Shown: piece by piece, positions 10,547 to 23,300 of the stretch
Numbering within the stretch: the stretch's first letter is position 1
Layout of the letters: each line of letters starts with the position of its first letter
Assembly: GCF_000281045.1 (NCBI RefSeq)
Contig: NW_008246095.1
Location: 502,526-566,525 of the forward strand
Reading direction: 5' to 3'
Length of the DNA stretch: 64,000 bases
Source: Saprolegnia diclina VS20
Lineage: Eukaryota
Translations under genes and position numbers: made by a program
The notes under the pieces: model-generated
What the model was told of the DNA's origin: nothing
Seen by the model: the letters and a program-made list of their open reading frames with translations, nothing else
Databases searched by the model: none

Positions 10547-13389
10547 CTAAAGTTCGATTTCGTCCTCGGAGCTGTCGATGGACATGCGGTTCTCAAACTC
10601 GTCGGCGCCGTCTTTGCTTCGCCGGTACACGCCATTGTGCGAGTGAGTGCGCCGCTTCGTCGTCTCGTCGTCGTTCTTGGTTGTTGTTGCGGTTGGTTCG
10701 AGACCCAAGCTCTTGGAGGCCACAAGCGGCCGCGGAATGAACGCAAGCGACTCTTTCGGTGGGAGGCTTCCGACCATTGATAGCTTGGTATCCTCGTTGT
10801 CGATGCCATCGACGAGCGATTTTTTGTGTTTTTCCCCCGAGAGGTCTTCAACGAGGTACTTGGCGGCGAGTGCGTCGAGCCTGCTTGATGCCTCCCGCGA
10901 CGACGAAGAGCTACTCACAGAGTGCGAGTCGCGCTCGAGGAGCGGCGGCGGGGATGCCATGGCGCGGGAGAAGGGTTGGTCGGTCATTGACGCGAACGAG
11001 AGCTTGCCCGAGTAGCCGTAGCCCGACGACGCGCGGTCGTACGAGTCGTTGCTGCTCGCAAAGGATTTGTTGAGGCGCCGCTTCTCGCCGTCGTCGGCGC
11101 GAAGGTTGAGCTCCTTGTCGAGGTCGTACTCGGGCATGACCACCGCGTGGTTGGGTTCGGCGTACGCATCTCCCGACCACGGCGGCGGCAACGACCCGCG
11201 CTTTGGTGGCTGCTCTGTCTCCCGACGCCGACTCGATGCTGCGGCTACACCGATCTGCTCCTTCTCCCGACGCCGACTTGTCGCTGCGGCAACACCGATC
11301 ACGGCACCACCCGCAGCGAGGGCCGACGTCCCAGTCGCGGCGTCGCCCGACCATGACGGGCCGCTCGCAACACCGCCTTGTGTTGAGCCTCGAAAGTTGC
11401 CACCGGAAGACGTCGATACCGTTGACGCGATGTCACCCTTCCGGAGCGAGCCAGGAGGAGTGATTTGAGCGGCGCGATTGCTTCCTGGAAGCGACGTTGT
11501 CGGTTGAGTACGCAGATTGCCAGGACCATTCGCAGCGCCGGGCAGCGAGCTCTGCGGCCCCGACCGCATCGAGCCTGGTGGAGTCGGCTGGTTGGGCAAC
11601 GGACGGCCGTACTCGTCGAGTCCCGACCGCATGGATCCGCCGCCTTGCAGATGACCGTTGCCGTTGAGTGCCGAGCGCGAGGGGTCGGCCCGCAGTGAGC
11701 CGCCGAGCTGGTGCGTATTTTGTCCACTTTGCAGTGACGCGTTGGGTCCGTCGCGCATTGAACCGGCGGCTTGTGCGCCAGGACGCGGCCCCGCGCTGTG
11801 CACATCCGGGGCGTGCGGGCGCCCTTGACCGCGCTCAAGGTCGGGTTGATGGTGCGTGTTCTTCGGGCGGACCGGCGACTCGACCTGGTTGAAGTCGGCG
11901 CGCTCGTTCTCGTCGTCCAAGGGAGTCTTCTTCTTGGCCTTGCAGTTGCGGACCATTTTGTGGATCGTCATGTAGAGCTGGCGGATCACAAGGAGGCCAA
12001 AGACGATCATGTTGATGGCGACGATCACGTACGCCACGTTGTCGCGGACTGCTTGCGGGAAGACGTCGTCCCGCGCGAGGATAACCATGAGCAGCAGCAA
12101 AAACACCTTGAGAAAGACCGAGAGAACGCCAATGTAGAAGAGGAACCGCAGCAAGAACGGCTCGCGCAAAACGAGCAGCACAAGGTAGAGCAAGTTGGCG
12201 GCGATGAGCAAGCCCAGCTGCCAGTTCGTGTCGGCGACGACACCGACAACGATACCGGTGGCGACGGCCACGATGGCTTTCGGCACGAAAAAAAATCGGT
12301 TGTCCGCGTTGTACTCGTCGTAGTAGGCCCCGTACTTGGCGTTGAACGGTCGTTGCTCGTGTTCGTACGTCCCAAGGTCGTCGAGCTCACTCGGGTGCGA
12401 CGCAATAACAACGACGCCGACGAGCACCGCGAGGCCAAAGATGGCCACCGAGAGGACGATCGCGCCCGAGCCGGCGGCGGACGAGCCGTTGGCGAGCTCG
12501 ATGCGCGCCTTGTAGGAGCCCGTCATGGCCACAATGTAGAGCGAGAGGAGGAGAATGAGCACGTAGGCCCAAATGACTTTGCGAAAGTACTTGACCCACA
12601 GATTCTTCTTGGACTTTTTGATGCAGCTCATGATCGCCGTCACGAGCACGTAGAGCACGAGGATGATGGCAAATACGATCGCGAGGATCATGAGCGTGTA
12701 GTAGAAGAGGTCGTCGGGCTCAACCCCGAGCGTCGCCGCGTACCGCTCGACCCCGGTCTCGCTCGTTTGCGCCGAGAAGAGGTCGAGGCGGCGCGCGTGC
12801 ATGGACTTTTTCACTGCGTCGACGCCTTTGCCAATGTTGAAGTTGACCCACGCGAGCTCCTTTGTAAACTGCTGGAAAAACACGGGGGCGCCCGACGTCT
12901 GGAGCTGCCCGAGAAGGCCGATGAACTGCGCTTGCTCGACGATCGCGAGTACTTCGTTGACGTTGGAGCCCAGGCTGCCGAGCGTGGCCGCGCCCGGAAG
13001 GAAAGACGCCCACGCCATGGACGCAACACCGGATGCGACCGACGAGGCGATGGCAATCCCGACCTGCAATGACATGAGATGAACAGAGACTGGTTTCAAA
13101 ATGGACGCACCACCGAGCTCATGGTTTGGCCGCCAAACGTGTCGAGCGTGTGGCGGAAGCCCGTCGTGTTGGGCGGGAACTGCGTGTTGATGCCGAGGAC
13201 GCAGCCCGAGCAGTTGAGCGACGCGGCCGACTTGCCGGCTGAGAGCGTCGCGACCTGGTCCTCGCCCCACGGCTTGAGGTACAGCGTGTAGATAAAGTAC
13301 ATGAGAACGAGCGGCCCGAGCGTGAAGGCCAGCCACACGAGCTTGTAGAGCACGAGCGTGAGGCAGCAGCATTTGCTGACGACGCCCAT
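10547..13389 (-). CDS. TRP (fungal Pkd2/FLC-type) multi-pass membrane protein with long disordered C-tail; intron 13064-13110
   Basis: Exon 1 MGVVSKCCC... splices in frame to VGIAIASS...AQFIGLLGQL...FFQQFTKELAWVNFN, GVERYA, KYGAYYDEYN..RFFFV, REPFL; about 8-9 hydrophobic segments. Confidence 0.75.
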
Positions 13390-14328
13390 CGTGGCGATTG
13401 CACTTTGGCGTCTATTCGATGGAATCAGAAACAACTCGACCAATTGTACGGTATACAAACTTGCAGATGAACATAGGGTGGAATGGCCCGATACTCAATC
13501 CAAGCTGAACTATGTGGTGTAATGCGCCAAAAAAGAGACATTGGCGTCGAAATTGTCAAAATTTACGGTAACTCTTGGTAGGTCGGTCCGACACGACGGA
13601 GAAGGATCAGCGAAAAGCGCTGCAACTACGAGCCTTGCTTGCAAGTGAGAGCCAACAACGAGCCGCCCAACGACACGACAAGACACGACGCTGCATAGCG
13701 GCCTTCGCCCAGCGCGGGAAGATACCTCGGCATAAAATTTGCTGACGTCACCACTTTGCAGTTTCCAGTTTGCATTTGCCAGAGAAAAACTCGCTCGGCA
13801 ACCAACGCAAAGCTCCAACGCAGAGGCGTTGAGCGACCAGTGGGTTCTACCTTTGGTGGGACCAGACAGTAGAAGGGCCAAAGAGTTTGAAGAAGTCGGA
13901 GGCGAAACGTTACGTGAGCCCAGTTCCTGGAGTTTATGAGCGTCTCCACCGGTTCCAAAGATGCTGAACCGTAGGGAGCATGGGTCAAACTGCTGCGATG
14001 TGTGGACGACACGACAGACAACGCAAGCTCGGCAGCGGTGTCTTGCACGATCTCGAGACCGACGATGCCACGTCCGACAAGAGAACGCGACTTCTTCATG
14101 CATCAGGTCACGTTGAAGTAGCATCCACCTTGTTAAGTAAATGAAACACAAATTTTGTGATTTTCATTCGGCCAAAATGGACAACGTCGCGAATGATGCA
14201 GGATCGAAATTGAATACTTTTCGTATTTAGTTAATGACACATGCAACATACAATGCTTCGCGGCCGCATCGAGACGGGGACCAATCCGCTCGACACGACG
14301 CACGACTTCTAAGTCCTAACAATGCTAT

Positions 14329-17300
14329 CTAGAGCACGAGCGCTTGCGCGACGGCGTAGTCGCCCGAGTGCGAGATCGAGAGCTTGACGCTGCTGAGGTT
14401 CGACACTTGGAACGCGGCAAGCGCGCGGCCGGCAAAGCTGACGGTCGGCGCGCCCGAGACGGACTTGCCGATTTCAATGTCGATGAGCGGCGCTTCCGGG
14501 CCGGCCGTGAGCTGCGCGTTCGGGTTGGCGTTGCAGATGGCCTTGACGACGGCTTCCTTCGCGGCCCAGCGGCCCGCAAACGACGCTGCAGGCGCGGCCG
14601 ACGCTTCGCAGTACGCGATCTCGGCGGGCGTAAAGTTGCGCGCCAAGAACGTCTGCTTGAGCGCAAAGTCGGCAAACGTTGCGATCGGCTCGACGTCGAT
14701 GCCGAGGCCTTGGCCCGCCGACATGATGAGCTGCGAGCCGGCCGACGCCATGGACGATTCGAGCATCTTCTTGGGCGCGACAACCGGGCCCGACGTCGGC
14801 GGCGGCGCGACACCCGTCTCAACGGCGGCGTCGACTTGCGACGAGACGTCGCCAAACGTCCACGTCTTCTCCTTGGGGTTGTACGAGGCGCGGGCGTTCG
14901 GGTTGAGGTAGACCGCCGACTCGTTCTCGGCCGTATACGGCGCGTGGTCCTTGACTTGGACGAGCGCGTGCTTGTTGGCGAGCACGTTCTGGTAGTAGTT
15001 GTGAAGACCCGCCGTGCGCTTGGCGCGCTTGACCGAGTACGCCGCATACGTCTCCGGCTCGAGCGCCGCGAGCAAGTAGTTGGGGTGGATCAACAGCACT
15101 TCGCCGCCGGCCTGGCCAAAACCAAAGCTCTTGAGCATCGCGGCCTTGACGCCGTCCGTCTGGATCGAACGGTTCGGGTACACGAGCAGGTCAAACTTTT
15201 GGAGCTCGGGCGCCGTGTTGTCGTTGTTGGCGTTGCCAGGCACAAGCCCGGACTGCATCACTTGGAGGAGGCCGTTGAACATCCACGCCGCCGCCGCCCC
15301 CTTCGGGTGGCCCGTGAGGTACTTTTGGCACACAACCATGATCGGGTTGCCGGGCGTGCGGCCGAGGTGCTCGAGCTGCTTCTGCGTGATCTCGCTCTCG
15401 TTCTTGTCGTTGGCGTTCGTGCCCGTGCCGTGGAAGCTCGTGACACCGAGGTCGTCGACAGTGAGACCCCAAGCGTTGAGCGCACCACGAAGCGGCGCGA
15501 TCGAGGTTTCGCCCTTGAAGAAGTCGTGGCCCCACATGCGCTGGGCCGCCTTGAGCTTCTTGAGCGCCATGCGTTCGACCACGTCGGCCGCGTACAACGT
15601 CTGCTTGCCCGCCGCAATGGCCGCCAGCTGCTTGGTCTTCCACGCGTTGATCGCCTCGACTTCGTCGTCAAACTGCGCGCGGCGGAACGCAGGGTTCAGG
15701 AGCGCGCTGGCCATGCGACCATCGTCGCCGACCGTGAACTCGCGCGCCGTCGTGAGGATACCCTGGCCCGGCGACGGCACCGAGCGGCCGTTCTTGTCCG
15801 TCGCCGTGTTGGTCGCGCCGACGATCCCGTAAATCGGGACGCCCATTTCGATCGCGAGGGTCGCATCCATGAGCACTTGGATCCCGGCGCCCTGGGCCTC
15901 CATGAAGCCGCCGCGGGTGTCGGTGCACGGACGGCACATCTCGCGCGGGTCGCGGCCCATGCTCGTCTCCTTGACCGCATCGGACGTCGCCTTCATCTGC
16001 GCAAACTCATACGAGCCTTCTTCGCCAAAGTCGTCGTAGCCGCCGACAATGATGACACGCGCCTTGCCGCTCAGAATGGTTTCGACACCAATGTCGACCG
16101 ACTCGGCGGCCGTCGCGCACGCACCGACCGGCGTCTTGATCGGCCCCGACGACGACAGCAAGAGCATGTTGACCCACGCCGCCATCGTGTTGATGAAGCA
16201 TTCTTGGAGCGAGTCGGACGGAATGTTCTTGGCGAGCGCGCGTTCGTGGTAGATGCGCTTGAGCGACCGCATGCCGCCCATGCCCGAACCGGACGTGTTG
16301 CCGACCGCCGAGACGTGCACGTACTGGTAAAACTCGTACGGGTCCGTGATACCGGCGCAAATGAGCGCTTCGGCCGTCGACACGAGCGTGAAGAGCGTGA
16401 CCGGGTCGACCGCGTCGGCAATGTCGGCGGGAATACCGAGGCGCTTGGCGTCCCAGCCGGTCGGGATCTGGCCCGCGACGAAGCGGTTGAAGCGAAGCGC
16501 CTTGGGGATCGAGAGCACGGCGCCTTGGCGGAGACGAATCATCCACACGCCGTCCTTGCCTTCGTACACGTCGACGTTGTCGTCGCCAAGCTCGCGCTGG
16601 AACTCGAGCGCCTCTTCTTGGCTCGCGACTTCGATCGGGCGCATGTTCTTGTCGACCGCGACCTGCTGCAAAAACATCTTCTTGGCCGGGTCATAGCCTT
16701 CAAAGAGCGCGGGCTCGATCACGCGGATGCCAGCGTGCTCGAGCATCTTCTCCTCGTAGAGCGCCTTGACCTGCGTGTCATGCACCGGGTCCTTTGTCGA
16801 CGCGTCGACCCACCCAATGTAGTGCTCACCGTTCTTGAGCGTGCCGTTGAAGTACGCAATGTACCCGAGCAGCCACGCAAGCTCGATGCAGCCTTCGATC
16901 GAGAAGACGCCGTACGACTCCATCTCCCAGCGCGTGCGCGAGTTGCCCCACGGGCCGACTTCGCCAAAGCCGACGACAACGACAGTCTTGTCCAAGTCAA
17001 TCATGCCGCGGTAGTTGGCGCCGAGAGGTGCGAGCTCGGACGCGGCCGGAAGGCTTGGGAACTTGGCAAAGTACTCGTACATGTTGGCACGCGGCTGCAC
17101 CGGCGTCTCGGCGGCCTTGGACGACGCCGCGTCGAGCGCACGGTCGTTGACCGCGGCCTTGCGCAGCGCCGACTCTTCAAGGATCGAGGCGCGGATCGTG
17201 TCGGTCTGCACCTTAAGGTCGTGGAGCTGGCCCATCGCGCCGCCGAGGTCGACCCAGAGCGGCGACTTAGCGGCCGCGGCGACCATGCGCGGATGCAGAA

Positions 17301-20300
17301 TCGACGTGAGGTTGAAGGCCATTTCCGTCGTGCTAAACGTCCGCACGCCGAGCTTCTCGATGCCGGCCGAGACCATGTTGTTGCCGGCCATGAGCCCCGT
17401 GCCGCGCGTCCAGCCAATGACCGCGCCGCCGATGCTCATGTAGTCTTCCCAGCCTTCCGAGTGCCACTTGTTCATGAGCGCTTCGAGGCCGAGCTTGGCT
17501 TCGGCGTAGAGACCGTCGCCACCCATCGTGCCGTGGTTGGGCGACAGCGGCAGAAGCGCAAGGCACGGCCGCGTCTCGATCTTGCCCGCCCGCTTGGCCT
17601 CGATGATCTGGCCGAGGAGGCGGTACGTGTTGGTGAGCATGATGCGGTGCGCAAGCTCGCTCTTCGAGTCAATGTCGGCGAGCGTCGGGCCCACAACCGA
17701 GATCGCACCAAACGGAATGATAAAGTCGAGGTCCAGGTGCAACACGTGATACACGTGGCCGATGAGCGCGGCGACGTCCTTGGCCGACGCTTGGTTGAAC
17801 GGCAGCAGGATGAGACGCGACCCACGCGACCCGTGGTTCTCGTAGACCGAGCGGAAGAGCTTGGTCGAGCGCGCCGAGAAGCTGCTCGTCGTGCAGATGA
17901 CCGTCGCACCGCCTTCGAGGAGCGCCTTGACGACTTCGATCGCGATCGAGTCCTTGCCGCAGCCGGTCACGAGAGCGTTCTTGCCGACGAACGAGACACC
18001 CGCCGACGCAATGTCGTGCATGCTCAAGAGGAACTCCCGCGTGAGCGCTTCGTCGAGCACGCGGTTGGTCGGGTCGACGTGGTCGGGCTTGCGCACGTGC
18101 ACGTACGGCAGCACGGTTGTCGCGGCCGACGTCTTGGCCTTCTTGGTCTTGCGCGAGACAGCCTGGAGACCGCGGAGCTTGGCGCCAGCAATGCGCGACC
18201 CGCGCTTGGCGTAGCGCTTCTTCTTGACGGGCTCGCTGCAGACGCTGTTCGGGTCCGAGTGCACACCGCCGTCTTCCGTGAGGTCGGCCATCTCGAGGCC
18301 GCGGACGACGTTGACGGTCGCGTGGCCGCCACCGAGCGGCGACGCCAAGCGGTCGCCCTCGACGCGGTAGCTAAAGCCGCGCGCGAGCTCGTCGACATAG
18401 TCGACCGACGTGTTGCCGCGGGGCACTTCGGTGTACGCAATGTGTCCGTTGGCTTCAATCACGACCTGCGGCTGGATCGGCTGCAAGAGCTGGAGGTGCA
18501 CCGGGTCCCGCGCAAGCCACTTTTCGACTTCTTCGTTGAGCAACGCAATCGCTTGCGCGTACTCCGAGTGCCCGTCGGCGTCGTTCCGGGACGCAAAGAA
18601 CTCGGTGGCCGCGAGGAGCTCGGGCGTCGCGCGGTTGCAGAGGAACGGCTTGAACCAGCCCTGGGGCTCGCCAATCTTGGCCAACTGCGCCGCGTCCGTG
18701 TTGAAGAAGGCCGACATCTCGGCAAAGAACGTGTCACGGTCAAACGACTGCGGCGCGCTCGCTGACGGCGTCGCGTCCTTGGGCGCCAGCAGCGACTTGT
18801 AGTAAAAGTCGAGCGCATCTTGCATGACCCAGTTCCACGAGCTGTCGTACACGCGCACCTTGTTGGCGTCGAACTTGGGTTGAATGCCCTTCTCGTACGT
18901 CTCGCCCATCTCGGAGACCCAGAGGTCGAGCGCGGCCTCGAGTTCACGGCGCGCAACGTCTTCGGCCGTCGTCTTCTTCAAGCTGTCGAGCGGGTCGAAC
19001 GACATGAACGTCTGGAACGCACTGATCTGGTCGTGGAGCATCGTCTCCATCTTGCCTTCGAGCGCCGTGAGCGCCGCCGACGAGACGCCGCCACCGCCCA
19101 TCATGGCCATCATGCCGCCACCGCCGACCGCGCCGCCCGCCTTGGACGCATACGGGATCGAAACGCCGGCCACTGTCGCGTAGTCGTCGACGACCTTGTT
19201 GATCCACGCTTTGGCGTCGGCGTCCGTACCAAAGCGCGCTTCGGGCACATGCACGAGCGCGTGGATGAGCGCAATCTCCGTGCGGCTGGGGCCGAGGAGG
19301 CGCTCGGTCGCCATGAACGACCGGAGCTGCGACGCCGAGAAGCCGCCCGGGAGCTTGGCCGAGAGCATCTTGGAGACCGTCGTCGTAAAGTACTTGCCGG
19401 GCTTGTTGTAGCTCGCGAGCTTGGGCGCGAGGTCGCCAAGCTTCATCTCCGCCACGCCATCGACGGCGCCGCCAAACTCGACTTCCATCTCGGCCACGAC
19501 TTCGTTCTGGACAGCACTCTTGCCGGCCGCTAGGTCGTGGACACTCACCGCATCGGAAATCTCGGCCAGCGACTTTTTGAACTTGTGCGCGAGGAACACC
19601 TTGAGCGCATACGCGGCCGTGATGTCGGCCTCGGGCACCGGGTCGAGCGCGACCGGCGCACCCATGGACGGCATCATCATCATGCCAGCTCCACCGGCAG
19701 GCGCGGACCCGCCCTTGGCGATTGAGACACCGGCAAACTTGGCGTAGTCCGCGACGATTGTGTCGAGCCACGACTTGGCCGCGGCTTCGTTGGCATGGCG
19801 CGACGCCGGCGGGAAGAGGAGCGAGTGCATGAGCACCGAGTCTGTGCGACCCGCGCCAAGACCAAACTCGGAGCCAAGGTACGCCTTGACTTGCGAGAGG
19901 TTGAAGCCACCGGGCATCTGCTTGCGCACATAGTCGGTCGTGAGCGCACCAAAGACCGCGCCAAACGCGCTGTAGGCCTTGAAGGACGTCGCGAGCACCG
20001 AGAGCGGGAGCTCGGGCACGCGGTCGACGCCGCCACCAAACTCCTTTTCGAGCTCGCCCACAACTTCGTTCTGCGCCGCCGACTTGCCGGCTGCGAGCGC
20101 ATGGATCGTTGTGTTGTCGTCGATCTCGGACAAAGTCTTCTTGAAACGGTACGCCAAGAAGACACGCAGCACGTGGTTGACGCTAATCGGGGCGTCCGAG
20201 ACGGCTGCCGCCGGGGCCGCCGCCACCGGAGCAGGCGCCGCAACGACCACCGGGGCCGCGACGACCACCGGAGCCGCCTTGACTTCTTCGACGTCTTCAA

Positions 20301-23300
20301 CGACGGCAACGTCGTCAGAGGTCGGTGCAGCAGCCGCCGCGCGGGCTGACGCCTGGGCCGACGCATACTCGACCGCCGACGGGTGCTCCGACTCGGTTTC
20401 GTAGTAGATGACGTCGCGGTCCTTCCCGATGAAGAGAATGTCGCACTTGGCCGACGGGAACTTGCCGCTCTGGAGCGTCTTGGCCGCCATGCCCGTGAGC
20501 GTCGAGGACGGACCAATCTCGACAAACCGGCGGAGGCCGTTCTCGAAAAAGTACGCCTGCGTCTGGATCCACTGCACCGGCGACGCAAACTGGTACGCAA
20601 GCAGCTCGATCACAAGCGTGTGCACCAGCTCGTCCTCGGGCGTCGCGCCCCAGTTGGCGAGAATCGGCGTCAGCGACGGCGACCCCGTCAAGGCGACGAT
20701 CTCGGCCACGTACTCCTTCGTGCACGCAAACGGCTTGGCCACGAGGTTGGGCACGTAATGGTGCTCGAGCAGCGCCTTGTTCCGGAAGAGAATCTCCTTC
20801 TTGAGCTTCGGACGCAAGAGGTTGCGGAACGCCGGCACGCCACCGAGCAGCTTCTTGGAGTGGAACGGCACATCAATTCCGACCAGCGGGATCGTCGCCG
20901 TGCCGCGCTTGAGTCCGAACGGCTTGCCCTTGGCGAGCGAGAGCTCCTTCTGCGCGCGCACCAGCGCCAGCGTCTCGGCCACGAGGGCCTCGGCGCCGAC
21001 CGCTTGGTAAATGGTCGGCTGCTCGCGGATACGCGTCATGAGGCGCGAGAGCACTTCAAGGTTCACGAGTTCGCCGGCGACGACGTACTGCGTGTCCTGC
21101 ACGTTGTAGTTGACGACCTGGCAGAGCTCACCGGACGCCGCCTCGATGACGTCCAAGAGCGTGAAGAGCGTCGTCTCGTCAAAGGCGCGCGACCCGACGC
21201 GCGCAGGGTTGGCGGCGACCATGCCGTAGTCCGAGAGCCCGTTAGCATCGCGTTCGACCGCGTTCTGCATGACCATGCCGCGGAGGAAGACGACTTCGGC
21301 GAGGTCGGCGGTGGCGAGCACGTCCGCAAAGGAGCTCAGCGCCGCGTACTCGCCGAGCGAGTGGCCCGCAAAGTAGCAGCCCTCGGCGATGACACCGTTC
21401 GCCTTGGCTTCCGTGTACGTGGCCTTCTCCATGAGCACGAGCGCCGGCTGGCTAAACTGCGTCGCAAAGAGGAGACCGGTCGGCGCCGAGAACGTAAAGC
21501 TCTGCGTGTGCTGCGTGATTTCCGGAATGAGCGGCACGACGTCGTTGCCCTTTTCGCACACGAGCGCCATGTAGTTTTGGCGGATCGCCATGCCCTTCTT
21601 GCCGCCAAAGTGGATCGTGATGCTCTTTGGGTTGGTGCGCACAATGTCGAGGATCGAGAAGCCAAACTTGGCCATGAGGTGCTTGTCACCAGCGTCCCAG
21701 ACCTCCTTGACGACACGCGACGACGCGTACGCTTGCATGCCCATGCCGACCTCGGCCGAGCCTTGGCCCGTAAAGACAAACGCCGTGAGCGGCATCGGCA
21801 CGGACGCGGTCGCGCCAAGCACCGCCTCGCCGCGCAAGTTGGCCACGTTGATAGCGAGGAGCAGCTGGCCCTTGGAGACACCTGTCTGCGTCACCTGGAG
21901 GAAGAGCTCGTCGTCGTTGGCCACCATGCCCGTGAACTCGGCGTGGTACGACGTCAGCTTGGTCACCTGGAACTGCGCCTCAAGCGACTCCATGAGCATG
22001 TTGCGGACCTTGGTCGCTGTCCACATGCCGTGCATGATGGGCGCCGACTTGGGCAGCCCCGCAAGCGCCGCCGCGTAGCCGCAGCGATGGATCGGGTTGA
22101 GATCGCGCGACGCCTGCGCGTACGCAAGCGCGTGCGTCGGCACGTGGATCGCCAACGGCGTCTCCAAAAGGTTGGCCGCCGTCTTGGTCGGCACCGCCGC
22201 CGACACACCAGCACGGTCCAAGTACGCCGCAATCGGGTCCTTCGCGACGCCAGTCTGCACCAGATAGACCGAGCCGACGACCTCGTTGAGCGCCGGGCCG
22301 CCAAACACCTTGCCCTGGACGTCGAGCGACGCAAGCCACGCCATGCCGTCGGCAAACACGTACGACGCGTGGAGGTCAAAGCGCAGCGTGTCGCCGCGAC
22401 GGAGGCTCTTGCCCTCCGAGAGCTTGAACCACGACTTGTCGGTGAGGACGGCGATCGAGGCCTTGTCCGCCAAGTGCACGTTGCCCATCAACGGCTTCTT
22501 CTCGAACGTGTGCGCGTGGTCTTCAAACTTGCCGCGGATGAGAAACTCGCTCGTGACGCGGACAAAGTCGGCGCCGTTGACGGCCACCGCCACGACACCC
22601 GTGACGACCTTGCCGGACGGCGTGTTGCGCATGGCCGTGACATACCCCGTCGACGCAACAACGTCACCGGTGCAGAAGACAGCGTCGCCCTTGGTGACGA
22701 CATCGTACGCGTGGCTGAGATGCACCAGGCGCAGAAGATCACCTTGGATCTCGGATGCAAAGACGGACGCGATCAGCGGCTGCCAGCCGGCAACCGTGCT
22801 AAAATCGACCGGCGCCGTCGCACCGACAAGACCAAGCGACGCGTTGTAGTCGGCAATGTCGGACGCCGTGACCGTGAAGCTAGCCTTGTGCGTCGCATGG
22901 ATGCTCTGGCCGAGCGCCGCCGTGCAGTCGTCGAGCGAGTTGCCCAGCCAGTGCTGCGCGTAGAACGCCTTGATGTTGTCTTCGCACACCGTCGTGCGCA
23001 GGTGGATCGGCGAGATCGCGATCGACGGCTTGTAGTCGTACACGCGGTCGAGCGACACGACGGTGGCCTTCCACTCACGCGTCGACGGGCGCAAGAGGTT
23101 GACGCGGAGCGTGATGACACCGGCCGCGAACGAGACCTCGACGACCGGCGCCGATTCGAGCACCGCCTTGTCGCGGATCCGGAGGGCCACTGGCGCGTCC
23201 GACGCCAGTTCAAGCTCCACGATCTGCCCGATCTTTGGCGCCAAAATCGCAGCAATCGAGTTGGCCACCCACTTGCCGCTCGAAACGACGTGATCGGCCG

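Noticed and set aside
13064..13372. N-terminus of the 941-aa ORF (MLLPHARALQ...)
   Set aside because: Read-through of an intron into the wrong frame; the true first exon is MGVVSKCCC from 13389
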